From Octopus vulgaris (Eukaryota): 64,000 nucleotides of DNA. Positions 24,088-38,153 of the stretch are shown here, piece by piece. A program made the position numbers and the translations under genes. Within the stretch, counting starts at the first letter, position 1. Each line of letters begins with the position of its first letter. The notes below the pieces were generated by a model, which did not search any database, was not told the origin of the DNA, and worked only from the letters and a program-made list of their open reading frames with translations. Where the stretch lies: NCBI GenBank assembly GCA_951406725.2, contig OX597814.1:82770001-82834000 (forward strand), given 5' to 3'.

Positions 24088-27000
24088 TACATACATATAT
24101 ATGTATGTATATACATATATACATATGCATATATACATGCATATATATGTATGTGTATGTATATATATACATATATTTATATGTATGTATTTATGTATAT
24201 ACATATACATATATAGATACACACACACGCACACTGAGAAAAAGAAAAGAACATTAAAATGTGTATAAACTGTAGAATCTGAAATATGCCCTTTATGATG
24301 GTCACCAGTTTAAATATATAGTCATAGCTATCAAATGCTTATATAATCATAGAAACATTGTGTATTTCTTGAGATATGCATTTCCAATAAACAATTCACA
24401 ACAACCTACAACTACCCATATGAATCAAGCAGATTGGCTATTGCCAGCAGTAATGCATTTTGCAAGATATTGCCACTTATTTTTTTTATAGATTTACAAT
24501 TACAAGCCTTATTCCTTTTTAACATTTGCAGGTCATCAATCTTTCCTGTTTATGCTTCAATACTGTGTAGATCTTACAATGAAACTACTGCACATAGCAT
24601 GCATTGTGTACATAGAGAAAAACCATTTAATCAATAAAATTAGAAAGTGTTCTAAATATTTTCCAACCTCTGTAGATCTTAAATATCACATTACTCCTAA
24701 CTCTTATCATTGAGAGAGAAACATTATTTGATACTTCGACTGAGTTAGTGTTATTGTATGCACACTTCTACATTCAATTAGCTATGAAATTTTTCTTGGA
24801 CTAAATATGATTGTTCTCTGTTTCATTTACCTGAAATTGAAATTCAAATTTTTTCTTCTTTTTGTAATTAGATTTTACATTCACAGGACTGTAATTTGAT
24901 TAATGTAAATATACTGAGGTTATCCACAGATATTAATTCTGAATATATCTTCAAAATATTTGAATATATCTTTATTCTATTGCAAGACATTTCATTTTAT
25001 TGGCTTTTCTTTTTGATTCTAGAGAAAGTATTCACTATGCCCCAAGGAATTTTTACCAATTTTAGCAGAGTCATACTTAGTGTGATTGGCTTTTCAGCTA
25101 CAGCAGCCTTGTAGAAGTTTAACTTCTTTAAAATATTCTTTCAGATGGAAATTACCATCAAATAAATAATTGTTTTGTTGTTTTTAAAGAACAACAGCTT
25201 GGGATTTGCAGACTTTAAACAATGTAAAACCAATTAGTCATGCAATTAATTAAGAGATAACAAGCAACTTTCTGGAGAGGAGTCAAACCAGATGTCATTG
25301 TTGTTGTTGTTGCTGTTGTTGTTACTGTTGTTGTTGAGAAGTAATTGTACAATCTTGGTTGAACAGAAATACATCATAAAGGTAACTAATTAAATACTCG
25401 CAGCAAATCACAAACTCTTCACCTCAAGTATGTCATTGAACACTTTGAAATTTGGCTGAATGGAATTTGGTAGTACTAAACACTTCCTTTGTTCCTGTAT
25501 GTCCTTTTCCTTCTTTTACCAAATATATTGATTTTCTCAGAGCCAACAGAAGAAACAGTGAAGGTGACATCAACTTAAAATGTTACACCAAAGTACTGTG
25601 TTGATTGCACAATTAATTTATGGTTATGATATATTCTCAACAATGCAAACATTGCATTATGCAAGTTAGTTTCCTTTCCATTCATAGAAGCCACTGTAAT
25701 AATGATTAATTGATGAGTAAATCCTTTCAACAACCAATGTAAACTTATAGGACAAGTTCTCTTTTCTGGAGAAACATAGAAGGATGTGGTTTGTTGTTGA
25801 CAACCTTTCTGAAAGTTGGCAGTTTAGATGAGCTGGGGCATGTAGAATTAAGTGGCAACAAAATGCATGCAGTAGATATGAAATAGTTTTCAAGAGTCAT
25901 TTTAATATCTTATCCATTAAGCCATTTCATGTCTACATTGTCAAATTCTTAACACTCTCTGAAGAGAATATTGTTGCCACTGTTTTCTACTATTCTTATG
26001 GCAAATATTGTAGCATCAGGTATAAGTCACTTGTGAGTTAAGACTTTAATTCTCAGTTAAAGCTATTTTATTTCCCTATGTATTTTCTGGTCTTGGCAAA
26101 GGAATACATGTTATACTTTACATCTTCTCACCTTAGACATAACCTAGTAACAACAACAACATACTGTTGTATTCTTGATTCAACTCAAAAAGTTGCCAGT
26201 TATACTGAGGGCTTTATAAACATGTACAACCACTAGTATTTAGTAGCCTATATCTACAATATTTACCTTGAATATTTCAGCAAAAGACAGCTTCTGTATC
26301 ATTGATTGGTCAACTAAAAGTATAACTCAAATACCCATCAATTTCTTCTTTACCATTCTTGAAAACACAGACATGTAAGATACTATATTGTTTAGAGTGC
26401 ATTGTGTATGGGAAAACGATGAAATGATTGTGACTGAAATATCTTTGATCATAGACCTATAGGGTTACAACTGACTTAGTGTTAAGTGACGGCAACTTTT
26501 GTAGTTGCAGATCTTTAAAATGTCATAGATCTCTTACAATCTAAAAACTATACCATTACAGTTGTCAATCCATACCATGCCAATCATCAACCTCATCATT
26601 TTCGTTTAACACCAACCATTTTACTGAGTGTACTGGGTGTTTTTATGCAGCACTGATACAGGTGTTTTTATGTGGCATTGGCATGGGATCTTTTTATGTG
26701 GCCTACATTATAAATACTATATACTGTGACTTGAACATAACTGCTCAAGGTGCTATGCAGTAGGATTGAACCTGAGACAACATGGTTGGGAAGCAAGCTT
26801 TTTAATCACAGAACCACCTCTGAGCCTCTCTCTCTCTCTGTATGTATGTATGTATGTATGTATGTATGTATGTATGTATGTGCATGTATTTGTATGTATG
26901 TATGAGTGAATGAATGAATGTGTGTGTGTGTATAATAGCTGATATAAGTGTTGGTTGGCTGGGTTATTTCTCCAGTCATGCTTTACATTGAATAGAGCGA

Positions 27001-27357
27001 GGAGGAGAGGGAGTAAGAGGGATATGAAGAGGCAATGAGTAAAGAGACACTACAAACACACAGTGACAAAGAAAGAATCATAGCCAGAGGAGTAGAAGGA
27101 GTAAATGACAGAGTGGTTATGAGAGAATTTATACAAATAGGAAATTTATTTTATTTAATTTTATTTTAAGGTAATGAATATTTTTCTTTTGAAAATTAGA
27201 ATTCATTTTTATCATTTCTGTATAAGCACCAAGAAATTTAATAAAAGTCAAATTACGATTATTGTATGTATGCTATATCGCCTGATATTATGCATAGAGG
27301 CAAAAGTATACTTTGAAAGTTACCTGTTATATAACAAATAACACTTTAGTGTGTGTC

Positions 27358-27605
27358 ATCATCATCATTATTATCATCATCATTTAGCATCCTTTTCCAT
27401 ACTTGCATGGGCCAGATGGTTTGACAAAGGCTGGTAAGCTGGAGAGCTGCATTAGGCTCCAGTCATTTCTTTTGGCTTGGTTTTTACAGTTGCATGCCTT
27501 TCCTTATGCCAATCTCTCTACAGAATGCACTGGGTGCCTCTTACATGTCACAAATGCCTTTTATATGCCACCGGCATGGGTACCTTTTATGTGTCTCTGG
27601 CATGG
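27358..27605 (-). mobile_element. RTE-clade LINE 3' end, diverged
   Basis: (CAT)n followed by the reverse complement of the RTE UTR. Confidence 0.75.
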
Positions 27606-28477
27606 GTGTGTATATAAGTACATGTATGTTGATATATGGATGAATGGGAGAGGAGAGTTCAATACATGTAGAGGGTACATTAGTGTAGCTAGTGTGGGAG
27701 AGAGACAGTTGGGGCGGCACTTTTAAAGGGGCACCACTTTTGGGTCTACTGTTGGCAATATGTATTTTTTGTGAGATCTGGGGGCAACACACACACACTA
27801 GCTATGCTAGTGAAAGGGAAGGATTTTATTGAAACTGCGAGTTTGTCTAATTTACCAAAGTTTTTAGCCACTGATCTTTAGGTGAGAACTGTTACAACTT
27901 TGTACTGATGGTGCAATTATATCCCTTGGTGTGTGTGTGTGTGTGTATTGCCTAGTACTTGTGTTTCTTCATTGGTTTGCATTTTGCATTTATTGATTGG
28001 GTACTTTTCTGGATACTTCTAGCCTCTTCATTGATTATTTAGGTTATTTTTTTGTCTTACATTTGTATTTCTTGTAATTGTTGGCAGAAAGATGTTATAA
28101 ACATGTATGACATGTTTATGAGTTAAAGATAGAGCTTGTTTTCATTTTTTGTGTGTGTTTGTGTGGTAGGTTTTGGAAGATGGTAAATGTTTCCTTTTTA
28201 TATAAAGCCAAGTTATTTGGCTGCTGGGGACAAGATTGGACAATTGTCATGTTGATGATGCCAGCTGAGCCAAAAACAATTGTCCACAACTGTCTGCTTA
28301 TCTCCAGACTACAAGCTTGTCCTTTTGCTTCATGGCATCTCAACATTAGAGAAATTCTTGAATTTTGAAATTATCTCCCCTTTTCAAGTGGAGTTGGTCT
28401 TAATTGCAATTTGGTCACTATGATAATATCCTCAATATCCTCTAGAAGCAGACAATTTTAATCAATCAAGAATTTAT

Positions 28478-28598
28478 ATTGTATATTTGGTATACCTGTA
28501 TTCATCACATGTATTCACATTGTATATTTGGTATACCTGTATTCATCTTGGTATACCTGTATTCATCTTGGTATGCCCGTATTCATCTGTATTCATGT
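28478..28598. repeat. 20-bp-core minisatellite (ttggtatacctgtattcatc)
   Basis: About four copies visible. Confidence 0.85.
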
Positions 28599-28599
28599 A

Positions 28600-28832
28600 T
28601 GTGTCTGGGGAGAGTCATAGTGCCCTAATATAACATACTTATTTGTTCAATTTCCACGAATTTATTTATTTATTTATTTATTTATTCCAGAAAGCATTTT
28701 TGTCATTGCATTTGCAACCGTATCATTGATACTGCCACAAATGCAGCAATGAGAAAGCTTTCTGGAATAAATAAGTAAATAATTGAACTGGTGAGCACAT
28801 TATATTAAAGCACTCTGAATCTCCCCAGACAC
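28600..28832. mobile_element. Palindromic MITE
   Basis: tgtgtctggggaga...ttattccagaaagc versus gctttctggaataa...tctccccagacaca. Confidence 0.8.
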
Positions 28833-30839
28833 AACAAAATTTGTTTCAGCATACAAATTCACATAAGGAATCTTGCAAAGCAGATACAAAAACGATGTAT
28901 TCAAATACATACCACAGGCCATTCTGAATTATTTCTCTTACCTAATTTTTGTTTTGAAAAGAGTTGTTTATGAATGGGGTTAGCTGTCAAACTAATTAAG
29001 CACATATCTATTGTGTGTAGAATCCAAATTGTAGATATATTCTTAATGAATAGGGTTTCATAGTTCAGTGAGTTTTGGTGTGTTAAAGATTTATTGGGAA
29101 CTGTTTTTTCATGCTACTTGGCAAGGAAATGGGATTTTGTTTACTTGTTTTGAAAAGAATATTGATGTGTGCGTGCGTGTGGTACTTTGTATTTTCTATG
29201 CTTGTATATCTCTACAATTGTGTATGATTGACATGTTTTGAAGGAAATATTTGTGGATATGTGTGCTTGAGTGTGTAGGGTCATCTGGTTTTGATATGTT
29301 TGGACGTATGGATATTTGTTATTTTGTCAGTGGTCATGGAATATTTCAAAAATAAGAATGTTTGTGTGTGTGTGTGTTTGAGTGAGATAGAGCAAGAGTC
29401 TTTTAAATGAAAAGTTTGTGTCAATGTTCACATATGTACATATGTATGTAAGTTTGTATATCCACCATGTGATTGCTTGCCCTGCTAGAAGTAGCAGCCA
29501 AATCTCCCTCAGATTACACACCTATCATCTTGGTAAAAGGAGACATTGGCTAGCTAATGTGGTCCGGGGATCTCTAAACACGGAAAAATGAATAAATGAA
29601 TAAATAAATAAATAAATAAATAAAATAGGATGATCATACTAGGAAGTCCTTGATCATAAATCTGTTATTACAGAGATGAAAAATGTTTTTGTTTCTGTTG
29701 GTTGAAATGATATATAAGAATAACTGTCTTAATGGGATTCTATAATACTACACATTTTCTTTGGTCCTGTATGCATGATTTTTACTTTCTTTTACCAAAT
29801 GAATTGATTTTGTTAGTGCCAATGGAAGAAACTTAAAATGCTGCACCAAATACTGCACTGATTGCGCAATCAATTTATGGTATGGTTGTGCTATATTTTT
29901 ATTGTTACAAACATTGCACTAGGAAAGCCTGAGATCAAATGCATTCCAGCATGATCTTCCTGTATTGTTCCTTATGTGCATGACCTCCGAACCACATGTC
30001 TGTATCTAGATGATGAAGTGCCAGCAATGACAATATCACTACTGCTACCACTACCACTGCTGCCACCACTGACTGTTTCTCTCATTTCACATTTTATTCA
30101 CTTTTTATAAACATTGGTATAACATACATTGAAACATAGATAATTTATTTCATTTTTATAAACATAGAATTCAATGACTGAAACAGAGATAATTCATTTT
30201 ATGAAATAATGTATAAGTTCTCTTTGTGACAATGTTCAGAATATCCCATTTTATTACCAATGGTAGATTACTGCTATTATGTTTCACATGAACTTTATGA
30301 CAAACAACTAATTTGTTTTCATTTTCCCAATAATGTTCATGGGAAATAACTACTTGACTTAAAGTAAAGCAGCTTTCACAGTCAACAAGTTTACTACTTT
30401 CTTTCAGAATTAATGATGAATAAAGCTTCATGGATATAAATTTTTTTAATAACATTCCTCTTTATTATCTAAAATTTCTGTAAAAGATCTTCATTGATTA
30501 TTTCTGTGTAGATTTGAAATGTAAAAAAATACAAAAACAAAAAAAGTAGCTAGAAACAAACCTTATAATCAAATAAAAAAACATATGAGATGCAAGCATA
30601 GAGCTACTTGTATAATTGTAAAAATGAATCATACAATATTAGATATACCAGCATTGAATAATGGATTATTCCCTCAGTCCATTTTACATACAGATGTTAT
30701 AAAATATAAAGGAAGAATTTATGAAAGAGAAAGTAAACTACTAAATGGAAATAATTGGATTCTAAAAGAAAAGTTTTAATTGAATAATTCGAATAATTTT
30801 GCTTAATTGCTGTTAGCACCTGTGATATCATCCTCATTA

Positions 30840-31045
30840 AAGGTGGCGAGCTGGCAGAAACATTAGCACTTTGGGCGAAATGCTTAGCGGTATTTCATCT
30901 GTCTTTATGCTCTGAGTTCAAATTCCAGCGAAGTCGACTTTGCCTTTCGAGGTTAATAAATTAAGTACCAGTACCAGGGTCGATCTAATTGACTGGTACC
31001 CTCCCACCAAATTTCGGGCCTTGTGCTTAGAGTAGAAAAGAATAT
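30840..31045 (+). mobile_element. tRNA-derived SINE, family B
   Basis: ggtggcgagctggcagaa...gagttcaaattcc...gactttgcctttc...taagtaccagt; a partial minus copy at 17065-17158 and a decayed copy at 41630-41830. Confidence 0.85.
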
Positions 31046-31292
31046 TATCCCCATTATCATATTAGCATTTTTGCATCACTGAAGCCTGGATTTGCATATG
31101 TGATATTCCAGGCTATAATAACTGTTGATTCCTCTTCAGGCTTTCCTTTAACAAATTTACATACATATGTACATATATAAACACTCACATAAACTTTCTA
31201 GTATAAAAATGTAGGCTTTCTAGTATAAAAACGAAAGTTTTTTGTTTGTTATGTTAGAATATAGCAAAGACATCGCAAGTGAGAAGTGTCAG

Positions 31293-31490
31293 ATAACCCT
31301 TTAGCATTCAAACCGGCCATATCCAGCTAAAATATCTGACCTGTTTTATATTCAAACTGACCAGATCCAGCTTCTCACTCCTATCCAACAATACCATTCT
31401 AAAAATAAACAGTCACATCATTGAAATCTTGAAGTTACAAGATAATGTGAATAAATAAACATTACGTTTGACGGAATAATTTGAATGCTA
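31293..31490. mobile_element. piggyBac-like MITE (one end damaged)
   Basis: taaccctttagcattcaaa...tttgaatgcta; reverse homolog of 37235-38153. Confidence 0.75.
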
Positions 31491-31640
31491 CTATTTCTTT
31501 CAGATTGATTAAATATATATATATATATACTTATAATATGAGGATATATATACTTATAAATTGAGGATATAATCATTAAAATGATTATATCAATGGCTGT
31601 AGTTTAAAAAAACAACCATATCAGTAAAATTAGTTTTGAA

Positions 31641-31817
31641 GTACATAATTATAATTAAGGGTGCTGGAATATCAGGGCCTATACACTAGAAGTAGATGTC
31701 AAATATCTACAATCCACTCTAAAATTATAAATGTAGGTACTTGACATCTACTTCTAGGATATAAGCACTGACATTCCAGTGCCCTTAATCATTAATATAT
31801 TTTTATAATTATGTACT

Positions 31818-31818
<1 letters not shown>
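31641..31818. repeat. Palindromic MITE-like element
   Basis: taagggtgctggaatatcag...ctagaagtagatgtcaa versus ttgacatctacttctag...ctgacattccagtgccctta. Confidence 0.85.
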
Positions 31819-31861
<43 letters not shown>

Positions 31862-31884
31862 TACATATATACGCATAATGAGTA

Positions 31885-32205
31885 AAGATCCTCTTTGGTC
31901 ATGAATGACCATAAGATTGCACCTAGAAAGTTATTCTCTGAGGTACAAGTCTGGGCACAAGGTTGTTAATGGAAGACCAGCAGTTGCCCATGCATACCAT
32001 CCTCTCCTCTCCAATGTTATCCAAGGGAAAGGTGAAGGCTAATATAGCTTGCCACCAGTGATGTCACAACTCATTTCTACTGCTGGGTGAACTGGAGAAA
32101 TGGAAATAAAGTGTCTTGCTCAAGAACACAACACACAGCCCAGTCTGGAATCAAACTCACTACCTCATGGTTGTGAGCCTGATTCTCTAACCATTGAGTC
32201 ATGCT
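31885..32205 (-). mobile_element. SINE family D
   Basis: Reverse complement of 60190-60520. Confidence 0.88.
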
Positions 32206-32914
32206 CATGTAATTAAAACATGTTGTTGGCGATTTCTTTTCCTTCTTTGGACTTTTCCCTTTTTCCTTTCTGACAAAGAGCTATGCTCAAAATGTCAAAC
32301 TCTCAATTTTCACTGAGCATCAAGCTAATACATTTCTTGTGCACATCCTCTTTTTGTCCGTTAATTTTACTCATTTATTTGAATTCATAGTTTATTTATC
32401 AATAATTGATAGTATATATATATATATATATATACAAAATTTAGAGGAATGACCACTAATAGTGGACAGCCTGTATGCTAGAAATAGACGTCAAACTTGC
32501 CATTTTATCATGAAGAATGTGTTCTCAAGAAAAAATTCTGCAAAAAACCAAAGTGTATATATATATATATACTGTGTGTTTGTGTGTGTGAAGACTTAGA
32601 AAAAAAGACACAGTTAAAGAAAGGTGGGGAGAAGAGGGACTGACAACAACAGTAGCATTCAATGTCATTTAAACAAAAAACAAGATTGTGAGGAGGCAGG
32701 GAGGTATTTAGTTTAGTTATAATAATGATATTATGATATTGATATTTACTTGAGATAAACAAACTTTAAATAAGTTTGAGAGGATCATAACCATAATTTT
32801 TATATCCAAATAGTTATATAAATACACACATGTGCACCCATCCTTTTATTCTCTTATGTGTTCAGCCCAAAAGCTGTGACTATGCTGGGGCACTGCCAGT
32901 ATTATCATCTTTTC

Positions 32915-33360
32915 AATAACCATTCTTTTGTGATTGGCTTTTGGTAAATGAAGGAATTTAGTGTTGCTGCCTTCTCTTGAGTTTCTTGCTGTGATATAGG
33001 TCCATCTGGGACTTTGGACAGCAGGAGATTAAGTTTTTCTCTTGGAAACATCTTTGCTCATTCTATGTAGATCTCTCAGATTTTTTGTTAAGATATTAAA
33101 TAGCTGTGAGGTTTGAATCCCAAGCTATTGCAGTACATAGTCCTCACTCTAGGCAGGATGGGTGGGACCTTTGGAACAGGGTAGGTCCAGTTTGGGGGCT
33201 GGTATAACTTTCAATGTCAAAGTTTGGTGCCAACTCCTCTAGGATCTTCCATATGTGTATCCCCACAGATCTCTCCTGTCTTTGTTCCAGGGAGTAGAGT
33301 CATAACTCTTTCTGTCTCTTCCAGTTGCTCAGTTGTTCTATTGAAGCAATTTTCCTAGTG
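32915..33360 (-). mobile_element. CR1-like LINE 3' fragment
   Basis: Decayed translation LYSLEQRQER...IWKILEELAPNF...YCNSLGF...KLNLLLSKVPDGP...AATLNS is typical of CR1-clade ORF2 C-termini. Confidence 0.7.
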
Positions 33361-33526
33361 TAGCACTACCGAGCTGCCTCAAGTTCCAGTATTAACTTGA
33401 CACTGTTGGCTCCAGTCTGATCTGGCAGTGTTTCTACAGCTGGATGCCCTTCCTAACGCCAACCACTCAGTGTTTATATATATATATATCATACCGGCCT
33501 CCCCCATTATATATATATATATATAT

Positions 33527-33581
<55 letters not shown>

Positions 33582-33585
<4 letters not shown>

Positions 33586-34075
33586 ATAAGAAATGGAGCA
33601 ATAAACAGTGAGAAATGGATCGTTGGGGTTATAAAGTCATCATTTAATTAAGAAGAGAGTATGTTTACAGCTGTTTCAGTATATCAAGCTGGGATAAACT
33701 TGCATTTACCTCATTGCAATTGATAGACATGATTGGAATGATTATATGGAAAAGATAAATAGAAGGAAAATAGAAAGAAAATGTGAGGAAGAGAAAGGAA
33801 AAAAGGAAAAATGTTTGTTAATTAATATAACACCAATGTTTATAAATTGTAACACCAATGTTTATAAATTGTAACACCAACGATCCACTTCTCATTGTTA
33901 ATTATTGCTCCATTTCTTATCTTTATATATGTTAAATCACGGTTTACCTTTTAAATTACCTACTACTGTATACCTTATAACAAGGACCATACATACTGAG
34001 GTAATATCAGGAGTGCCTGTGGATATACATTTATTCCTTAGATGGTTACATTACCTCTAACTTATATATTACACT
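33582..34075. mobile_element. Penelope-type remnant with inverted repeat and decayed hammerhead
   Basis: 33586-33634 is inverted to 33868-33920; minus strand reads caaUGA...GAAA-CAGCUG-UA; flanked by (TA)n on both sides. Confidence 0.55.
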
Positions 34076-37000
34076 ATATATATATATATATATGTAGAGA
34101 CTCATTAAAATCCCTATATAGTTTATACATATATATATATATATATATATAAATAAATCATATATGGATTTTAATGAGTCCTGATATGTTGGGTATTAAC
34201 ATATTTATAATGTTTTTATATGTATTTCAATTTGTCTTGTTATGGTTAATAACACACCAATTATCTTGTAGATTTAAAAATAGCTTAGTTAAGTGTGTAA
34301 ACCCTGAGGAACAGCACAGTACCAACAATGAGATACAAACTGTTACGTATGTTGGAAGACTTGTATCTGAGGCAACAGATTTTTTGCACATAATTTTTTT
34401 CCTCTTCCAGAACAAATTTCCTATAGAACCACACATTGTCATTTTTGCCTTCATAATAAACTGCAAGAGATCAAATTGAACATCAACAAAAACAATAATA
34501 CATGTTAAAAATATGCATTCAACACTAAGGAAAATATTTACAGCTATCAATATATATTTATATAAAGCTGTATGGGCAAAGAAAATATTGCTTTATTTTA
34601 TATTATATAGCTTTATTTTAGATAATATATGTTTATTCTGTTAATTATAACTTTATTTTTACTAAATATATTTTTACTTGTTACTGTACATATTTTGTTG
34701 ATAGTAGAAGGATGGAAGTAGAAAGAAATGTTTACCATTACACTGATGACTTCAGGACCATGTGATATTAAACAAGTTAAACAATCTTTTCCTGGTTCCT
34801 ATTGTTCAAATTAATAGCACAGCAATGTTCTCCTCAAATTCATTTAGATTAAATTGTTTATCAAATAGAATACTTCTGCTGGATAAAGTTATATTCAGCT
34901 TACTTAGTGCATTGGCTGCAAACCATGGAAATCTTATACTGAAGCTATTAAATGTTGTTGTTGCTGCTTATTTGCAGATCTCGATGACTAAAGATGTTCC
35001 ATCTGGGAACGACCTATTATTCGTCACTATATTCAACATTAGTTGTTACACCTAGCAAAACAAATGACCACCCAGAGGTATGTTTGAAATACTGCTACTG
35101 CTGAGTATCTAGGGGTTTGTGGTGGCACAGAACTGTTGCTATCAAAGCTGTTATTGGTGTTACTATTTCTACCATTGCTACTTGTGTAGACAATATAGCA
35201 ATGACGTTCAAGTGGCTGGTGACAAAATACTGTTGTAATTGCTAGTATTGCTGTTGCCAGTTCTTAAATATATTCTTTTCATATATTCTTGTAGATATTT
35301 CCTTGGAAACAGTGACTACGAGCCAGTTCAATTCTTAGTTGAATTTAGTTGAGTTAGATCAATGATGCCTTTGGGAAATGTGAAAAAACTAAAGCAAATA
35401 AAATAATTTCTTCTCATTTCACCACTGTCATTGTTGCTTGTACCTGCTTCACAAGTGATTTGAAGAGAGGCCAGATACTAAATAAAATAATTTCACCACA
35501 GTGGAGTTGTACTGGCCATCTAAAACATACATATATCTTTAAATCTACTTTTTATCACTTTTTTGACAATAATCTATGGCATTAAGTATTAAAGTCTTTT
35601 ATTATATATTTATGACTTGGTCATTGATATTCCATTCCACTGAATCTGTTAAAGTCTGTTCATGGCTAGTTCTTACAGGATGATAGCTTCAATATATTTG
35701 AATTTCTTTGCTTTCTTTTCTCCATCTATTTCTCCATTCCTCTCTTTCTCTTTTCCAAACTCACATACTCTCTTATTCCATGTTTTTCCCTTACTTTTTC
35801 TCTTTTACAGTGTCTTATGATATAGGAGTTATTTCTTTGCTATATCAAAGTTCCTTCCATTTACATTGCTTTAAACCAATGTATTTACAGGCTTATGCCT
35901 CTGTAGCAAGCTACCTTCTAATGCAATAAATACACTTAATCAAATTACTGTGCCATTGCAGTTTTGAGTTTCAATTAAATTAATAAAGATTTCTTTTGAT
36001 TAAGTACAAGACATACTTTCCAGGTAAAGCAGTTTGATAAAATGATTTAGCTACAGTAAATCAACAGGGGCTAATTTAATTAATATTATGCTTATTATGA
36101 TGGAATTACTGACACTTAGTTTATTGAACTTTGCGAAATGAATTATAAAGTTGATAAGTATAAAATTTCAATCTAGAATAGCAAATCACTGAACTAGATC
36201 ACAGAAAACAGCAAGTGGATGCTGGGATAAGCTGCAACATATCTATCTTACTACTCTGTGACCGATATTATATATAGGAATATGTGGTCACATCAACCTA
36301 ACCTATCACTAATACTCAAACAATTTCCTCTCTATCAATAGCCTGGAGGTTGTTTTCCTAAGTTATGACTTAGGTGATTCAACAGAAAATAATAAATCTA
36401 AGATAGATAATTTAATCTTAACTGGATTTAGTGTCAAATCCCACCCACTGCATTTAAATTAAATATTGAATAATTAATCAATTGGAAAGTATTTGAAACA
36501 GCTCTCTATAAAGTTGAGTTTGAATATGTTGTTTGATTTCAAAGAAATATGTAATTAATAATGGAACAAACTAATTAGCTTTCTGAACACCTACTCTTAG
36601 AAACTGATGTGTCTTCAAATTCTAATTCTGTTTTGATGTAAGCCACCAATAAAACAATAAACAATAATAAAAACTATTTAAGATTTTACTTTTCATTATA
36701 TGCAAATATGTAGAAACTCATTGATAAATTTATCTCTGCTTTTCTTATGGTAAGAAGCTAAAATCAGTGAAGTATGTTAACATTCAAATAATTAAAGATT
36801 GTAAAGTAGAATTGAGAGTTGTAGATGGCTGAGTTAAAACGCAAAAACTTCATATGGTACTGGTTCATTGAACTAATTCTTTAACTTGTGTAGCATTATA
36901 TCCTTGACAAAAATAATTGACTCACTAAGTTTCGGTTCACTTAATAGTGAAGAGGCATTCTTGAAAGACAAAATTCTCGCACTTAAGAGATAGAAAGACA

Positions 37001-37234
37001 GTAGGATTAGTGAGTGTTTTGTTAGCTTTCAGTGCTGAGCTTAAATACTCTAAAGAATTTAGTAAATGGAAGAGAAAAACCATGGCAAAATATCTTGTAT
37101 CACTCTATGAAGAGAATTCCTGTTGTATTAAGATAACCTCAACATGTCATGGTAACATGTTACTTTTATGTTAATAGAGAAGCCGAATCACAAAGTGGAT
37201 ATAGTTTTGAGCCACTAGGTCTTAATTCATGAGT

Positions 37235-38153
37235 TTAACCCTTTAGCATTCAAATTACTCAGTCAAATGTAATACTTATTAGACTACCCATGATCTGTTG
37301 GGTCACTTGGGAAATCTGAGTTTCCCAGCAATGGAGTTTTGTTTTGTGGGTTTTTTTTCTTTTCATGTTATTTTGCATGCTTTCAATGAATGTGACATCG
37401 AAATCACTTGTAAACGGTTCCTTTCCCCAGAAAAGGAAAGATTTGGCTGCTATTTCTTGCACGCCCTGCTATCACGTAACAGGTATTTTGGGTCCTTTAT
37501 CGCAAATAGTTGTTACGTGGTAGCAGGGCTTACCAGAAATAGCAGCCAAATCTTTGGAGGTGAGATACGTTGAATGTACTTGAAAGAAACCTATGGAAAA
37601 AAACTATTTCACACCGATGTTACAAATGGGTCTTTTATGAAATATTTACTGTATTTTTAAAGTCATTTTCCCTTAAAAATATTTTGCCTATCATAATGGG
37701 TCTAATGGAAAGGTTAGAGTTTCTTCCCTCTCAGGGTGAAGTTATTTTCGGAGTATTTTCCCATTATGAACTGTTTTTGGTATTTATACCACAAAAACCC
37801 ACAAATCTCAATAACTACTGGTCCGATTTATGTGAAACCTGTTTTATTCCATTCATATTCACATTTCAGTGTCACTTTACTTTCAAAGTATTTTCCCATT
37901 ATGCACCAGTTTGGCTGTGTAACATTGCAAGCAAGCAAGACTGAACCTCACTTTTAATACTATATAGATTTATTCACCTTCTTTTGAATTGAACATGCAC
38001 AATCTTGTAGCTTTGAGATTTTGATGATGTGATTGTGCATTTTTAAAATGACATTATAGGGTAAGCTATCAGAAGCCAAAACCGACCATTTTGAATATAA
38101 ATCAAGTAGAACATTTTGGCCAGATATGGCCATTTTAAATACTAAGGGGTTAA
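37235..38153. mobile_element. piggyBac-like MITE interrupted by a Helitron
   Basis: TTAA-ccctttagcatt ... aatactaagggg-TTAA termini. Confidence 0.82.
37279..37968 (-). mobile_element. Small non-autonomous Helitron
   Basis: Minus strand 5' end TCTATATAGTATTAAAA; 3' hairpin accca...tgggt then a CTAG-like end with one mismatch. The host MITE rejoins as aatactta|tttattcac (A|T site). Confidence 0.72.

Noticed and set aside
37298-37957. ORFs of 73-124 aa
   Set aside because: They lie inside a non-autonomous Helitron and show no recognisable motifs.
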